DNA of 30,057 nt, from positions 1-30,057 of the IMG/VR virus record IMGVR_UViG_3300019874_000018. One strand, given 5' to 3'. Of the stretch, positions 7,859 through 15,105 are shown piece by piece. The notes beneath the pieces are model-generated. The model was not told where the DNA came from. It ran no database searches and was given only the letters and a program-made list of their open reading frames with translations. Each line of letters begins with the position of its first letter. Positions within the stretch are counted from its first letter, which is position 1. Position numbers and translations under genes: made by a program. This stretch comes from a virus (Duplodnaviria > Caudoviricetes).

Positions 7859-9282
7859 TCAGCGTCTTCGAACATATCGTACTCGTCGAATTCCGTCCGG
7901 GCAAGACTGTCAAAACGCACGCATTCCTTGGAAAAGGCGACCTTGTGGATCCCTGTCGGGCCCTGGCGCTGCTTGCCGAGGATGATCTCCGCGATCCCCT
8001 CGAGCTCCGGATCTTCGTCGTACATCTCAGGCCGGTACACGAACATCACCGTGTCCGCGTCCTGCTCGATCGCTCCTGACTCTCGCAAGTCCGAAAGCTG
8101 CGGGCGCTTGTCCGTGCCCTTCCTCGACTCGACGCTGCGGTTCAACTGCGAGAGCGCAATCACTGCAACGTCTTCCTGCTTCGCGAGCAGCTTCAGGTGC
8201 CGCGACGAATGCGAGACCTCCTGCTCGCGATTCGTCTGACGACCGCCACGCGGCGGCTCCATGAGCTGGATGTAGTCCACAACCACGACGACGAGTTCTT
8301 CGCAGGCGTCGCAGTCGGCACGCTTCGCCGCAATGTCGGCCTTCAGCTTCCGGACTCGAGCGCGGATCTCCGAGATGGTGATCCCGCCCGTGTCGTCGAT
8401 CCAGATCGGAAGCTTCTCGAGATCCCCGAGCGTCGTTGCGATCTTGTCCCAGTGGTTTCCGATCTGATTCGGTGTCCGGAACACCTGAAGCGGGATGTGA
8501 CTCTCCGCCGACAGAACCCGCGTCACGAGCTGCGTGTCCGGCATCTCGAGCGAGAACACCGCGGCGCCTTTCATCTGCCCAGCAACCTTCACGACGATGT
8601 TCATTGCGAACGCCGTCTTCCCTGAGCCCGGGCGTCCCGCGACGATGTACAAGTCGCCCTTGTGAAGTCCGCTCGACGCAGCGTCGATTTTCTTGAAGCC
8701 CATCGGGATGCCAGTGATGGCATCCCCCCGCTCGCTCATGAGCTGCAGCGCCTTGTACGTCGCCTCGAGCGAGTCCCGGATAGGAATCAAAAACTTCGTC
8801 TGCTGCTGGTGAGCAATCTCCCCGAACGCCAGCTCCGCCTCCTCGAGCAACGCCTGCACTTCGTCGTCCGGGACGGGAGCTGACTTGATGTACGCTGCGA
8901 TCGTCTCCGCTTTCTTCAGCATGAGCCGAAGGCGGTAGCGTTCACGAACGATCTTCGCGTGCTCCTGCACGTGCAGCACGTACGGCGCGTCGACGAGCTG
9001 CGTGAGGTACTGCGTGCCTCCGACCTGCGCGAGCCGACCACTCGACTCGAGCTGGCGAGCAACCGTGATGATATCGATCGCGTGTCCCGCTTCTCGGAGT
9101 TCCACGATGCCGTCGAAGATTCGGCGGTTCGCGTCCGAGTACATCATGTGCGGGCCGCACGTCTCAACGACTTCGTCGTAGCGCTCCGGTGCGTTCATGA
9201 TTGCCGAGAGCACTGCCTGCTCGGCGTCGAGATCGCTCACCAGCTTCGCGTTGCGAAGCGGGATTACTTCTGCTTCCGCCAT
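7855..9282 (-). CDS. dnaB: replicative DNA helicase DnaB
   Basis: DAEQAVLSA N-domain, Walker A AGRPGSGKT, FSLEM, VVVDYIQLM, ALSQLNRSVE.R..KRPQLSDLRESGAIEQDAD, KQRQGPTG. Confidence 0.98.
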   Translation of the reverse strand: MAEAEVIPLRNAKLVSDLDAEQAVLSAIMNAPERYDEVVETCGPHMMYSDANRRIFDGIVELREAGHAIDIITVARQLESSGRLAQVGGTQYLTQLVDAPYVLHVQEHAKIVRERYRLRLMLKKAETIAAYIKSAPVPDDEVQALLEEAELAFGEIAHQQQTKFLIPIRDSLEATYKALQLMSERGDAITGIPMGFKKIDAASSGLHKGDLYIVAGRPGSGKTAFAMNIVVKVAGQMKGAAVFSLEMPDTQLVTRVLSAESHIPLQVFRTPNQIGNHWDKIATTLGDLEKLPIWIDDTGGITISEIRARVRKLKADIAAKRADCDACEELVVVVVDYIQLMEPPRGGRQTNREQEVSHSSRHLKLLAKQEDVAVIALSQLNRSVESRKGTDKRPQLSDLRESGAIEQDADTVMFVYRPEMYDEDPELEGIAEIILGKQRQGPTGIHKVAFSKECVRFDSLARTEFDEYDMFEDAD

Positions 9283-10205
9283 CGCCTGTCGTCTCCGTCG
9301 ATCTCGATTCCGAGAGCGCCTCCAAGGAGCCGGCTTGCAGCTCGAGGTCCGAGCGTCGCCGTAATCTCGTCGGGCCCGGTGTTGGTCGTCATGATGGTCG
9401 GGAGCCCGTTGCTCCAGCGTGCATTGGAAATCAGATTCATCTGTTCTCGCACCCAGTCGGTCGTACGCTGCGCTCCGAGATCATCGAGCACCAGGAGGTC
9501 GGTGCGGCAGGCCTTGTCGATGAGTCCCCGGTGTTCCGGTTCGTCGTACGAACGCCGAACTAGCTCCAGGAACTCCGGAAGGTACGTGAAGAATGCCGAA
9601 CGCAGTCGGTGACGACGAAGGAGCTCCGCGAGCACGCTCACCGCGAGGTGCGTCTTTCCGATCCCGAAGTTCGTTCCGGTGATGAGCAGATTCTTCGACG
9701 TCTCACCGCGCTTGAAGTCCGCCGCGTACTTCTCACCGCGCTTCTTCGCTCTCCGCTGCAGCTCGTTGGTTGCCTCGAAATCGGAGAATCTCGAGCCCAC
9801 GAGTTTCTCGCCGACACCAATCTTCCGAAGGCGCTCACGCAGAAGATGTTCCGACCAGCGAGAGCACCATTCGAGTCGGAGTCCTTTTTCTAGATCCCAG
9901 CACGGAGCTTTACCTCGATCGGATTCGTACTCGCTCGCGCAAGCGCCGCCGTGCTCGGGACACTTCGCGCAGAGTTTCAATCTCCGCTGAGCTATCTCGA
10001 GAGCACCGTCGGTCGTCGTGTTCACGAATTCTTTGAGACTCGTCTTCTTCGGAAACAGCGGAAGTAGTTCGGGCCCGTACTCGTCGGCTACGAAAGCCTG
10101 CACGTCTCGGCCGTGTGCATCTCGCTCGATTTGTTCTTCACGCGCTCGCGCCATCTCTCGCGAGCGCGCAATGAAATCGTGAGCCGCGCTTCCGATTTGC
10201 TTCAT
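9264..10205 (-). CDS. DnaC/IstB-type AAA+ helicase loader
   Basis: NLLITGTNFGIGKTHLA (Walker A), DLLVLDDLGAQRTTDW (Walker B), PTIMTTN, ASRL. Located between the initiator and dnaB. Confidence 0.92.
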   Translation of the reverse strand: MKQIGSAAHDFIARSREMARAREEQIERDAHGRDVQAFVADEYGPELLPLFPKKTSLKEFVNTTTDGALEIAQRRLKLCAKCPEHGGACASEYESDRGKAPCWDLEKGLRLEWCSRWSEHLLRERLRKIGVGEKLVGSRFSDFEATNELQRRAKKRGEKYAADFKRGETSKNLLITGTNFGIGKTHLAVSVLAELLRRHRLRSAFFTYLPEFLELVRRSYDEPEHRGLIDKACRTDLLVLDDLGAQRTTDWVREQMNLISNARWSNGLPTIMTTNTGPDEITATLGPRAASRLLGGALGIEIDGDDRRWRKQK

Positions 10206-11212
10206 GCTTCTTTCCCCTCGTCTTCGTCGTCATCGTCAGCGAACAGCATGCGAGCGATCGGACCGTCGAAGCCGTTCGACGTAGACGGCACGTACGGCGC
10301 CGTGGATGCCACGACGCTAAGCTTCGGTTGCGTCGCTCGCACCCGCGTCTTCGACATCACCGCGGCGTCAATGAAACTGCTCAGTCTGGCATCCCATCGG
10401 CTAGGGGCCGCTGGACCCCAACCCTTTTGCCGAAGCTCCATGACCGTCGCGTCGTACTCGCTGGGGCTCAGCCCCCTCGCCTTGGCGTACAGCTCGTGGT
10501 CCGCGAGCGGCTCGTAGTCATCGGCGCTCACCGGCGCGTTCAGGATGTCCCCGCGTCGCCTCGGTGGGCTCGGGAGTGGGTCCGAACTGGCTCCCGGATC
10601 TTCGTCACGCTTCTGGTTCTTGTTCTGAGAAGATCCAGCTACAGAACCAGTACGGCTAGGCATAGCTAGGCTAGGAGTGACGGTTTTGACTGGTCCCGTG
10701 ACGGGGGAGTCCTGTTTCGTGATGATACCGTCACGTTTCGTGACGCTGTGCTGTGGTCGCCCATTTACTCCGTCGGCCTCGTTTGCGTCTTCATCGTCGT
10801 CACGAGACCGGTCCTTAGCGTCACGTTTCGTGACGGCCGGCTCGGTGTCTGGTAGGCCACGACGTCGGAGATCCCGGCGTTTCGCGCGGTACTCCCTCGA
10901 GCGGAACTTCTCGCTGTGGACCGCCTCTTGTGCCTCGATAAACTTAATGATCACCAACTGTTGGTCGATTATCGCCAGCACTTTGTGCTTCAATAGCTTC
11001 GGGAGGCCGGTTTCCACTACATGAAGAGGAAGCCGGGTCACGGCCTTCACGGCCTCCTCCACGGTGTTCCCGTCCCCGAAGTCGAGGACTCCTGCGCGGT
11101 CAACCTTGCGCATTAGAAGGACAAAAACGCACTGACCGTCCCATTCGAGACATTCCCAGGTCGCGGTGTCGCGCGTGTAGACGCGAACGTATCGTTCGTC
11201 GCTGAAATCCAA
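10202..11212 (-). CDS. phage replication initiator / replisome organiser
   Basis: Position upstream of loader and helicase. Winged-helix-like N-terminus (ERYVRVY...), low-complexity linker with internal iterons, TTG start with RBS GGAG. Confidence 0.8.
   Translation of the reverse strand: MDFSDERYVRVYTRDTATWECLEWDGQCVFVLLMRKVDRAGVLDFGDGNTVEEAVKAVTRLPLHVVETGLPKLLKHKVLAIIDQQLVIIKFIEAQEAVHSEKFRSREYRAKRRDLRRRGLPDTEPAVTKRDAKDRSRDDDEDANEADGVNGRPQHSVTKRDGIITKQDSPVTGPVKTVTPSLAMPSRTGSVAGSSQNKNQKRDEDPGASSDPLPSPPRRRGDILNAPVSADDYEPLADHELYAKARGLSPSEYDATVMELRQKGWGPAAPSRWDARLSSFIDAAVMSKTRVRATQPKLSVVASTAPYVPSTSNGFDGPIARMLFADDDDEDEGKEA
10654..10835. repeat. putative replication origin: palindromic iterons inside the initiator gene
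   Basis: CGTCACGTTTCGTGACG at 10729-10745 and 10819-10835. Degenerate copy at 10708-10724, half-site at 10798. CTAGG-type 5-mer repeats at about 10654-10675. Confidence 0.7.
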
Positions 11213-11247
11213 TGTGGCGCTCCGTCAACCCTCTGAAACGAGGGGAA

Positions 11248-11433
11248 TCAAGCGACTTTGGACTCAGGGACTTCTTGGCTTTGGGGGAGCAGGCTCTTCG
11301 CGTACGCGCGGAGTGCGCGACGGAGGACGTCTGATTTGCTGAGTTTTTCGGTGGCGCTGAGCTTGTTCAGGAGCTCGAGATCATCCGAATCCAGGAGAAG
11401 GGTCAGTTGCCGCTTTGGCTCGGTGTCTTCCAT
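11248..11433 (-). CDS. ribbon-helix-helix (CopG/Arc-type) transcriptional regulator
   Basis: RQLTLLLDSDDLELLNKLSATEKLSKSDVLRRALRAY matches the RHH_1 pattern. Confidence 0.88.
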   Translation of the reverse strand: MEDTEPKRQLTLLLDSDDLELLNKLSATEKLSKSDVLRRALRAYAKSLLPQSQEVPESKVA

Positions 11434-11443
11434 GGGATCTCCG

Positions 11444-11491
11444 CCTTTAGCAAGATGATCGCACCATGGTCAAGCAATGGTGTCGCCATGG
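11444..11491 (-). promoter_or_regulatory. promoter for RHH/replication operon with three C(C/A)ATGG boxes
   Basis: TTGACC (11473-11468), 18-nt spacer, TGcTAAAGG. Boxes at 11464, 11475 and 11486. Confidence 0.55.
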
Positions 11492-11515
11492 GACGCATTT
11501 GTGTCCTACATCGAC

Positions 11516-11791
11516 TCACTTCTCCCAGGGCAGTTTCACTTTGGCGGCTGCCGCGCGCTGTCGCGCCTGCTTCTCGGGGTCCATCTTCGAGAAGATGTTC
11601 TCGCTCGGGCGAGTCCACACACCGAGTCGCTCTGCTGTGGCGAGGATCCATTGCGTCTGCCGCGGCGTGCTGAATCTAAAGCCGCTTGAGAGCATGTCTT
11701 CGAAGGCAGCGAGTTCGTTCTCGCTCAGCCGCTCCTGGTGCTCGGTGAGTAAAGTGACGAGCAGGGCGTGCAGATCGACAGGAGCAGTCAT
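11516..11791 (-). CDS. hypothetical protein
   Basis: MTAPVDLHALL...STPRQTQWI. ATGA start. Confidence 0.75.
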   Translation of the reverse strand: MTAPVDLHALLVTLLTEHQERLSENELAAFEDMLSSGFRFSTPRQTQWILATAERLGVWTRPSENIFSKMDPEKQARQRAAAAKVKLPWEK

Positions 11792-11856
11792 GTCGGATCC
11801 TGGTACCCGTGGATGTGTCCGCACACGAGGGAGTTGTCTGGTCGTCTCGTTCTCAC
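11788..11856 (-). CDS. 22-aa micro-ORF (MRTRRPDNSLVCGHIHGYQDPT)
   Basis: GTGA overlap upstream and ATGA overlap downstream. Confidence 0.4.
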   Translation of the reverse strand: MRTRRPDNSLVCGHIHGYQDPT

Positions 11857-12008
11857 GGTGCCGCAGTCAGCGCAATGAACACGGAACAGAAACCGCAAAA
11901 CGGACAGTACTGGATCCGTCGAGGCGACGGGTAGAGACGCCAGTACCCAGCCAGTAGCTGAATGTCTTTGTCCGAACACTTCGGACACCTAACAGCAGGG
12001 ATGTGCAC
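11853..12008 (-). CDS. small zinc-ribbon protein
   Basis: CPKC...CPFCG. GTG overlaps the upstream TAG. Confidence 0.6.
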   Translation of the reverse strand: MHIPAVRCPKCSDKDIQLLAGYWRLYPSPRRIQYCPFCGFCSVFIALTAAP

Positions 12009-12733
12009 TAGCTCGCCTTCTTCTGCTTCTTGCACTGCGCCGGGTCTCCGTGGATGTTGCCGGTGACGAGATTACCACCGGTCGGTTGCCCCGCGGGGAT
12101 GAACTGCTGGCAGCGACAACACGGAAGGTCGAATCGCGACGTGATGATGTTGCCGTAGGTGCTCGGGTGGCTCCCGTCGTCCGCGAAGCGTCGTTGGGGA
12201 AACCGCCCATGCCCCGCGAAGTCCTTCGCTGGGTCTTTCGTTCGTACCGTCTCGGTCTCCGGAGCGAGTCGGAGATCGAACGCTGGCTTCAGCGCCGCCT
12301 GCGGAACATGGAAGCTCGGCATGAGCGAGTTGTCCGTGTTCCAGTACTCGGTCTTCTTTGCGTCGGCGCCGAGCAGCCACCCCACGATGGCGAACGTCGG
12401 ACTGTCGCGATCGATGACGAGCACGAAGACATGGTCGTCCGCGTCGTTCTCCTCGACGACGAGGTTACCGAGGACGAAGCTTGTCGTCTTCACTTCGAGC
12501 CCGGTGACGTCTCGATCGAGGTTCTTCCAAATCTTCCATTTCGAGAGCCCCTCGAACTCCCCGTCCCACTTTCGGTTGAACGCGATGGAGACAGCGTACT
12601 CGGCGACTGCATTCTTCACGTCGAGCTCAACCGCGTGGATGGTCGAACCTCGAGCACGGTGTCGCGCCTTTCCAATCTGAGTCGCGAACGTCACCTGCTC
12701 GGGCTTCAGCGCCCCCGTCATCCTTCTCGCCAT
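12008..12733 (-). CDS. PD-(D/E)XK nuclease-fold protein with C-terminal zinc ribbon
   Basis: AVAEYAV...RDV.GLEVKT...FVLV...IVGW pattern. C-terminal CCRC...PAG...H...C. Confidence 0.65.
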   Translation of the reverse strand: MARRMTGALKPEQVTFATQIGKARHRARGSTIHAVELDVKNAVAEYAVSIAFNRKWDGEFEGLSKWKIWKNLDRDVTGLEVKTTSFVLGNLVVEENDADDHVFVLVIDRDSPTFAIVGWLLGADAKKTEYWNTDNSLMPSFHVPQAALKPAFDLRLAPETETVRTKDPAKDFAGHGRFPQRRFADDGSHPSTYGNIITSRFDLPCCRCQQFIPAGQPTGGNLVTGNIHGDPAQCKKQKKAS

Positions 12734-12919
12734 TTATTCGATGACCTCGTTCGTTCGCGGATCTCGAGTAACGACACGCCGCTCGGGCTCGGGTTCAACG
12801 AGCACGGCCACCGGCGCGGGACGAGGCGCAGGGCTTCGTGGCGGCGCCACCAGACGCGGCCCCGTGGCGTCCGCGTAGCGGCGCCGCTTCTGGGCGAAGG
12901 GAGCTTTCGTGGCCGCCAT
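12734..12919 (-). CDS. small basic Pro-rich protein, first gene of the left arm
   Basis: RBS AAGGAG before ATG 12919. TAA directly adjacent to the next ATG. Confidence 0.65.
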   Translation of the reverse strand: MAATKAPFAQKRRRYADATGPRLVAPPRSPAPRPAPVAVLVEPEPERRVVTRDPRTNEVIE

Positions 12920-12931
12920 CCTGCTCCTTCG

Positions 12932-12960
12932 AGGGTGCGTCCTCTCTTGGTTTTGGTCAA
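12932..12960 (-). promoter_or_regulatory. leftward sigma70-like promoter
   Basis: TTGACC (12960-12955), 17-nt spacer, CACCCT (12937-12932). Confidence 0.5.
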
Positions 12961-12988
12961 GGAAACGCGGCCGAAAACTGGAAGCCAT

Positions 12989-13024
12989 TTGACAACGGTG
13001 GCTAGCTTGGCTAGCAAGGCTATC
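12989..13024 (+). promoter_or_regulatory. rightward sigma70-like promoter with three tandem GGCTA(G/T)C boxes
   Basis: TTGACA (12989-12994), 17-nt spacer, TAGCAA (13012-13017). Boxes at 13000, 13009 and 13018. Confidence 0.65.
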
Positions 13025-13026
13025 CA

Positions 13027-13086
13027 GAGCAGGTCGCCGGTTTCTCCCATCCCCCCATGGCCACCCGGTGGCCTGCTCGCTTCTTT
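13027..13086 (+). ncRNA. candidate structured leader / small RNA
   Basis: 14-bp stem 13027-13040 with 13065-13078 (two G-U pairs), 24-nt C-rich loop, followed by GCTTCTTT. Confidence 0.45.
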
Positions 13087-13102
13087 CAGAAAGGATTCGC
13101 CG

Positions 13103-13405
13103 ATGCTCGACAAGGACCAGCGCGAGAAAATTCAGAATGCCGTCCGGCTACTGCAGCTCGATGGTGATCGAGACGTCTGGGCGAAGGTGGCAGAGGATCT
13201 TTATGGCTCCGGCATCCGAGTTCCTTTCCTTTTGAGCGACATGGTCGGCGAGTTGAAACGTCATCGGCACAATCTGTCCCGCGTGGAGGAGCAGGCCCGG
13301 AGCTACCAGGAAATGGCGAGACAGGAGGCGGTGGAACTTGAGCAGATCCGGGCCAAGCTGATGGTTGGGCTAGCGGACTTTCTTCTGACCGATGGGAGCG
13401 AGTAG
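13103..13405 (+). CDS. coiled-coil hypothetical protein, first gene of the right arm
   Basis: RBS AAAGGA before ATG 13103 (MLDKDQREKIQ...). Confidence 0.8.
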   Translation: MLDKDQREKIQNAVRLLQLDGDRDVWAKVAEDLYGSGIRVPFLLSDMVGELKRHRHNLSRVEEQARSYQEMARQEAVELEQIRAKLMVGLADFLLTDGSE

Positions 13406-13879
13406 GTGAAAACTAAATTGAGAGTTCGGGTCGAAGACTTTCGAGTGGCGAGCGGCGCCACGGCGTTCAATGGGCAGCTCGGTACGATGGCCCTTCCAGC
13501 CGTCGACCGGATTCGACTCTGCGCCTCGCTCTGTATTGAGGAGCCTCTCGAGACGCTGGAGGGGTTCGGAGCGGACCCGGAGATCATTGCGCGCATGAAG
13601 GTTCTTGCAGCGGAGGCCGTTGCGAGCATCGTACGCGGTCGATGCAACATCGTAGAGGTCGCTGATGGCCTCGGCGATAGCGACTACGTGAACGAGTGGG
13701 CTCGGTGCGAGTTCGGGCTCGACGGCGAACCTATTGCTGACGAGATCCAGCGCGCCAACCTCGCAAAGTTCGGTCCTGGGAGCAGCTTCAATGCGGCCGG
13801 CAAGGTACAGAAGCCTCCTGGATGGACGCCTCCGGACATCGCCGCGGTGCTACGCACGCAGGGATGGAGCGTCGCGTGA
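13406..13879 (+). CDS. MazG-like all-alpha NTP pyrophosphohydrolase (DR2231/PRA-PH-like)
   Basis: VEDF...IEEPLE...EVADGLGDSDYV...EIQRANLAK...GKVQKPPGWTPPDI. Confidence 0.88.
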   Translation: MKTKLRVRVEDFRVASGATAFNGQLGTMALPAVDRIRLCASLCIEEPLETLEGFGADPEIIARMKVLAAEAVASIVRGRCNIVEVADGLGDSDYVNEWARCEFGLDGEPIADEIQRANLAKFGPGSSFNAAGKVQKPPGWTPPDIAAVLRTQGWSVA

Positions 13880-13986
13880 ACGGACGGCTGATTGCGATCT
13901 CGATTCTGATTGCAGGTCAAGGGATCGAGTCGGCAATCAGTAGGCATCCCGTAGCGACCTGCGTGTGTGCCTCGGAGCACAGGTAG
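13876..13986 (+). CDS. 36-aa micro-ORF (MNGRLIAISILIAG...)
   Basis: GTGA overlap. TAG directly adjacent to the next ATG. Confidence 0.45.
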   Translation: MNGRLIAISILIAGQGIESAISRHPVATCVCASEHR

Positions 13987-14142
13987 ATGAGCTACGGAGA
14001 AAAAATGATCCTGACGGGCATGGTCATCGGCGTCCTCACTATGGTGATCCTCGCGGGCCCCAGCTGGTGGTCTCGCGGTCGCCAGGTCGTCGAACTCCGT
14101 CGTCGGCTGGCGGAGTACCGGAGGGATTGGAAGAAGCCATGA
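13987..14142 (+). CDS. 51-aa single-TM membrane protein
   Basis: MSYGEKMILTGMVIGVLTMVILAGPSWW... with basic tail. ATGA overlap downstream. Confidence 0.6.
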   Translation: MSYGEKMILTGMVIGVLTMVILAGPSWWSRGRQVVELRRRLAEYRRDWKKP

Positions 14143-15104
14143 GCCCCCAATCTCCACTAAGGGTTTCCGTTCGTCCGGACTTCGACATGATCGAAGTCAG
14201 CACGGACGGCCCTGCGCGCACGAAGGACGGACGTCCATGGACCCGGTGGGCGAAGTACGGCTCTTATGCCGGTTGGCACGCGGTCGGTGCCCGGAAGCCG
14301 AAGCTGTCTGGGCAACCGAAGTTCTGGGAAGCGGTCTTTTCGGTGGCGTGCGCCGTCGCGGGTGGCAACCTCGACCAGGTTCATTGCTGTGGACGCGGAG
14401 TTCTGGCGCTCGGTGGCCTTGGTGTCACGATGCGAAGCGGTTACGCGCAGCTTCTGCTCCACTGCTGCCTCATCAACAACCCAGTGCGGTACGTGGAGGT
14501 GATGGCTCCGGTGCTCAAGGAAGTGGGCTGCTACACGAAAGAGAACGACAAGAGTCCGAGTGGCGTCGTGATCTACGGATACAACGATTTGCCCTACGTG
14601 ACCGAAATCGAGCTGAGGCGGTTGATCCTTTCCGGTTCCGATGGCGTCAAATGGACGAATCCGCAGAAGTCGCGCGCCCAGCTCTGGGTCTCCTGCTGTT
14701 CGGAACTCCTTCGTGACGAACGAATGGACGCGGCCCAGCAGTCGTTCGCCGAGGAGGTCATGCCGGCGCTCCTTACGGAGGACACGAAGGTCGCAGTCAA
14801 ATGGCCTCGGCAGGGGCCGCGGGACTTCTGGCAGTACACGAAGGAGCAACAGCTCCTCTGGGGCCTCGCGTGCGTGCTCGCGCTCGCGGACGAAGAAGAA
14901 ACCGAGACCTTGATGGTCGGCGCAAGGTCCCTAGCTGATGTGAGTGAAGGGTTTTCCGCGGAGGATATGCTCCGGCAGCTCGATGTGCAGCTCTATGGGG
15001 GTAGCTACGAGCAGTCCTTCCGCGACCGATGCCTAGCGGCTCTCGTCCTGCTGGCGAAGTTGATGAACGTCGAGGCCGTGACGAACATGGGGATCGTGAC
15101 GTGA
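14139..15104 (+). CDS. hypothetical protein, possibly a degenerate lysozyme-like fold
   Basis: 321-aa ORF with ATGA start. Segment AVAGGNLDQVHCCGRGVLALGGLG resembles muramidase-like EGxxDxxNxYDxxxxSxGxxQ motifs. Confidence 0.7.
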   Translation: MSPQSPLRVSVRPDFDMIEVSTDGPARTKDGRPWTRWAKYGSYAGWHAVGARKPKLSGQPKFWEAVFSVACAVAGGNLDQVHCCGRGVLALGGLGVTMRSGYAQLLLHCCLINNPVRYVEVMAPVLKEVGCYTKENDKSPSGVVIYGYNDLPYVTEIELRRLILSGSDGVKWTNPQKSRAQLWVSCCSELLRDERMDAAQQSFAEEVMPALLTEDTKVAVKWPRQGPRDFWQYTKEQQLLWGLACVLALADEEETETLMVGARSLADVSEGFSAEDMLRQLDVQLYGGSYEQSFRDRCLAALVLLAKLMNVEAVTNMGIVT

Positions 15105-15105
15105 T

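Noticed and set aside
5899-8239. Plus-strand ORFs 5899..6768 and 7334..8239
   Set aside because: Antisense to well-supported minus-strand genes. Stop scarcity explains them.
11229-11244. CCCTC/GAGGG hairpin between the RHH and initiator genes as a terminator
   Set aside because: The stem is only 5 bp and there is no U tract.
12050-13102. N-terminal 351 aa of the 451-aa plus-strand ORF 12050..13405
   Set aside because: It is antisense to the nuclease-like gene and crosses the promoter region. The real start is the RBS-led ATG at 13103.
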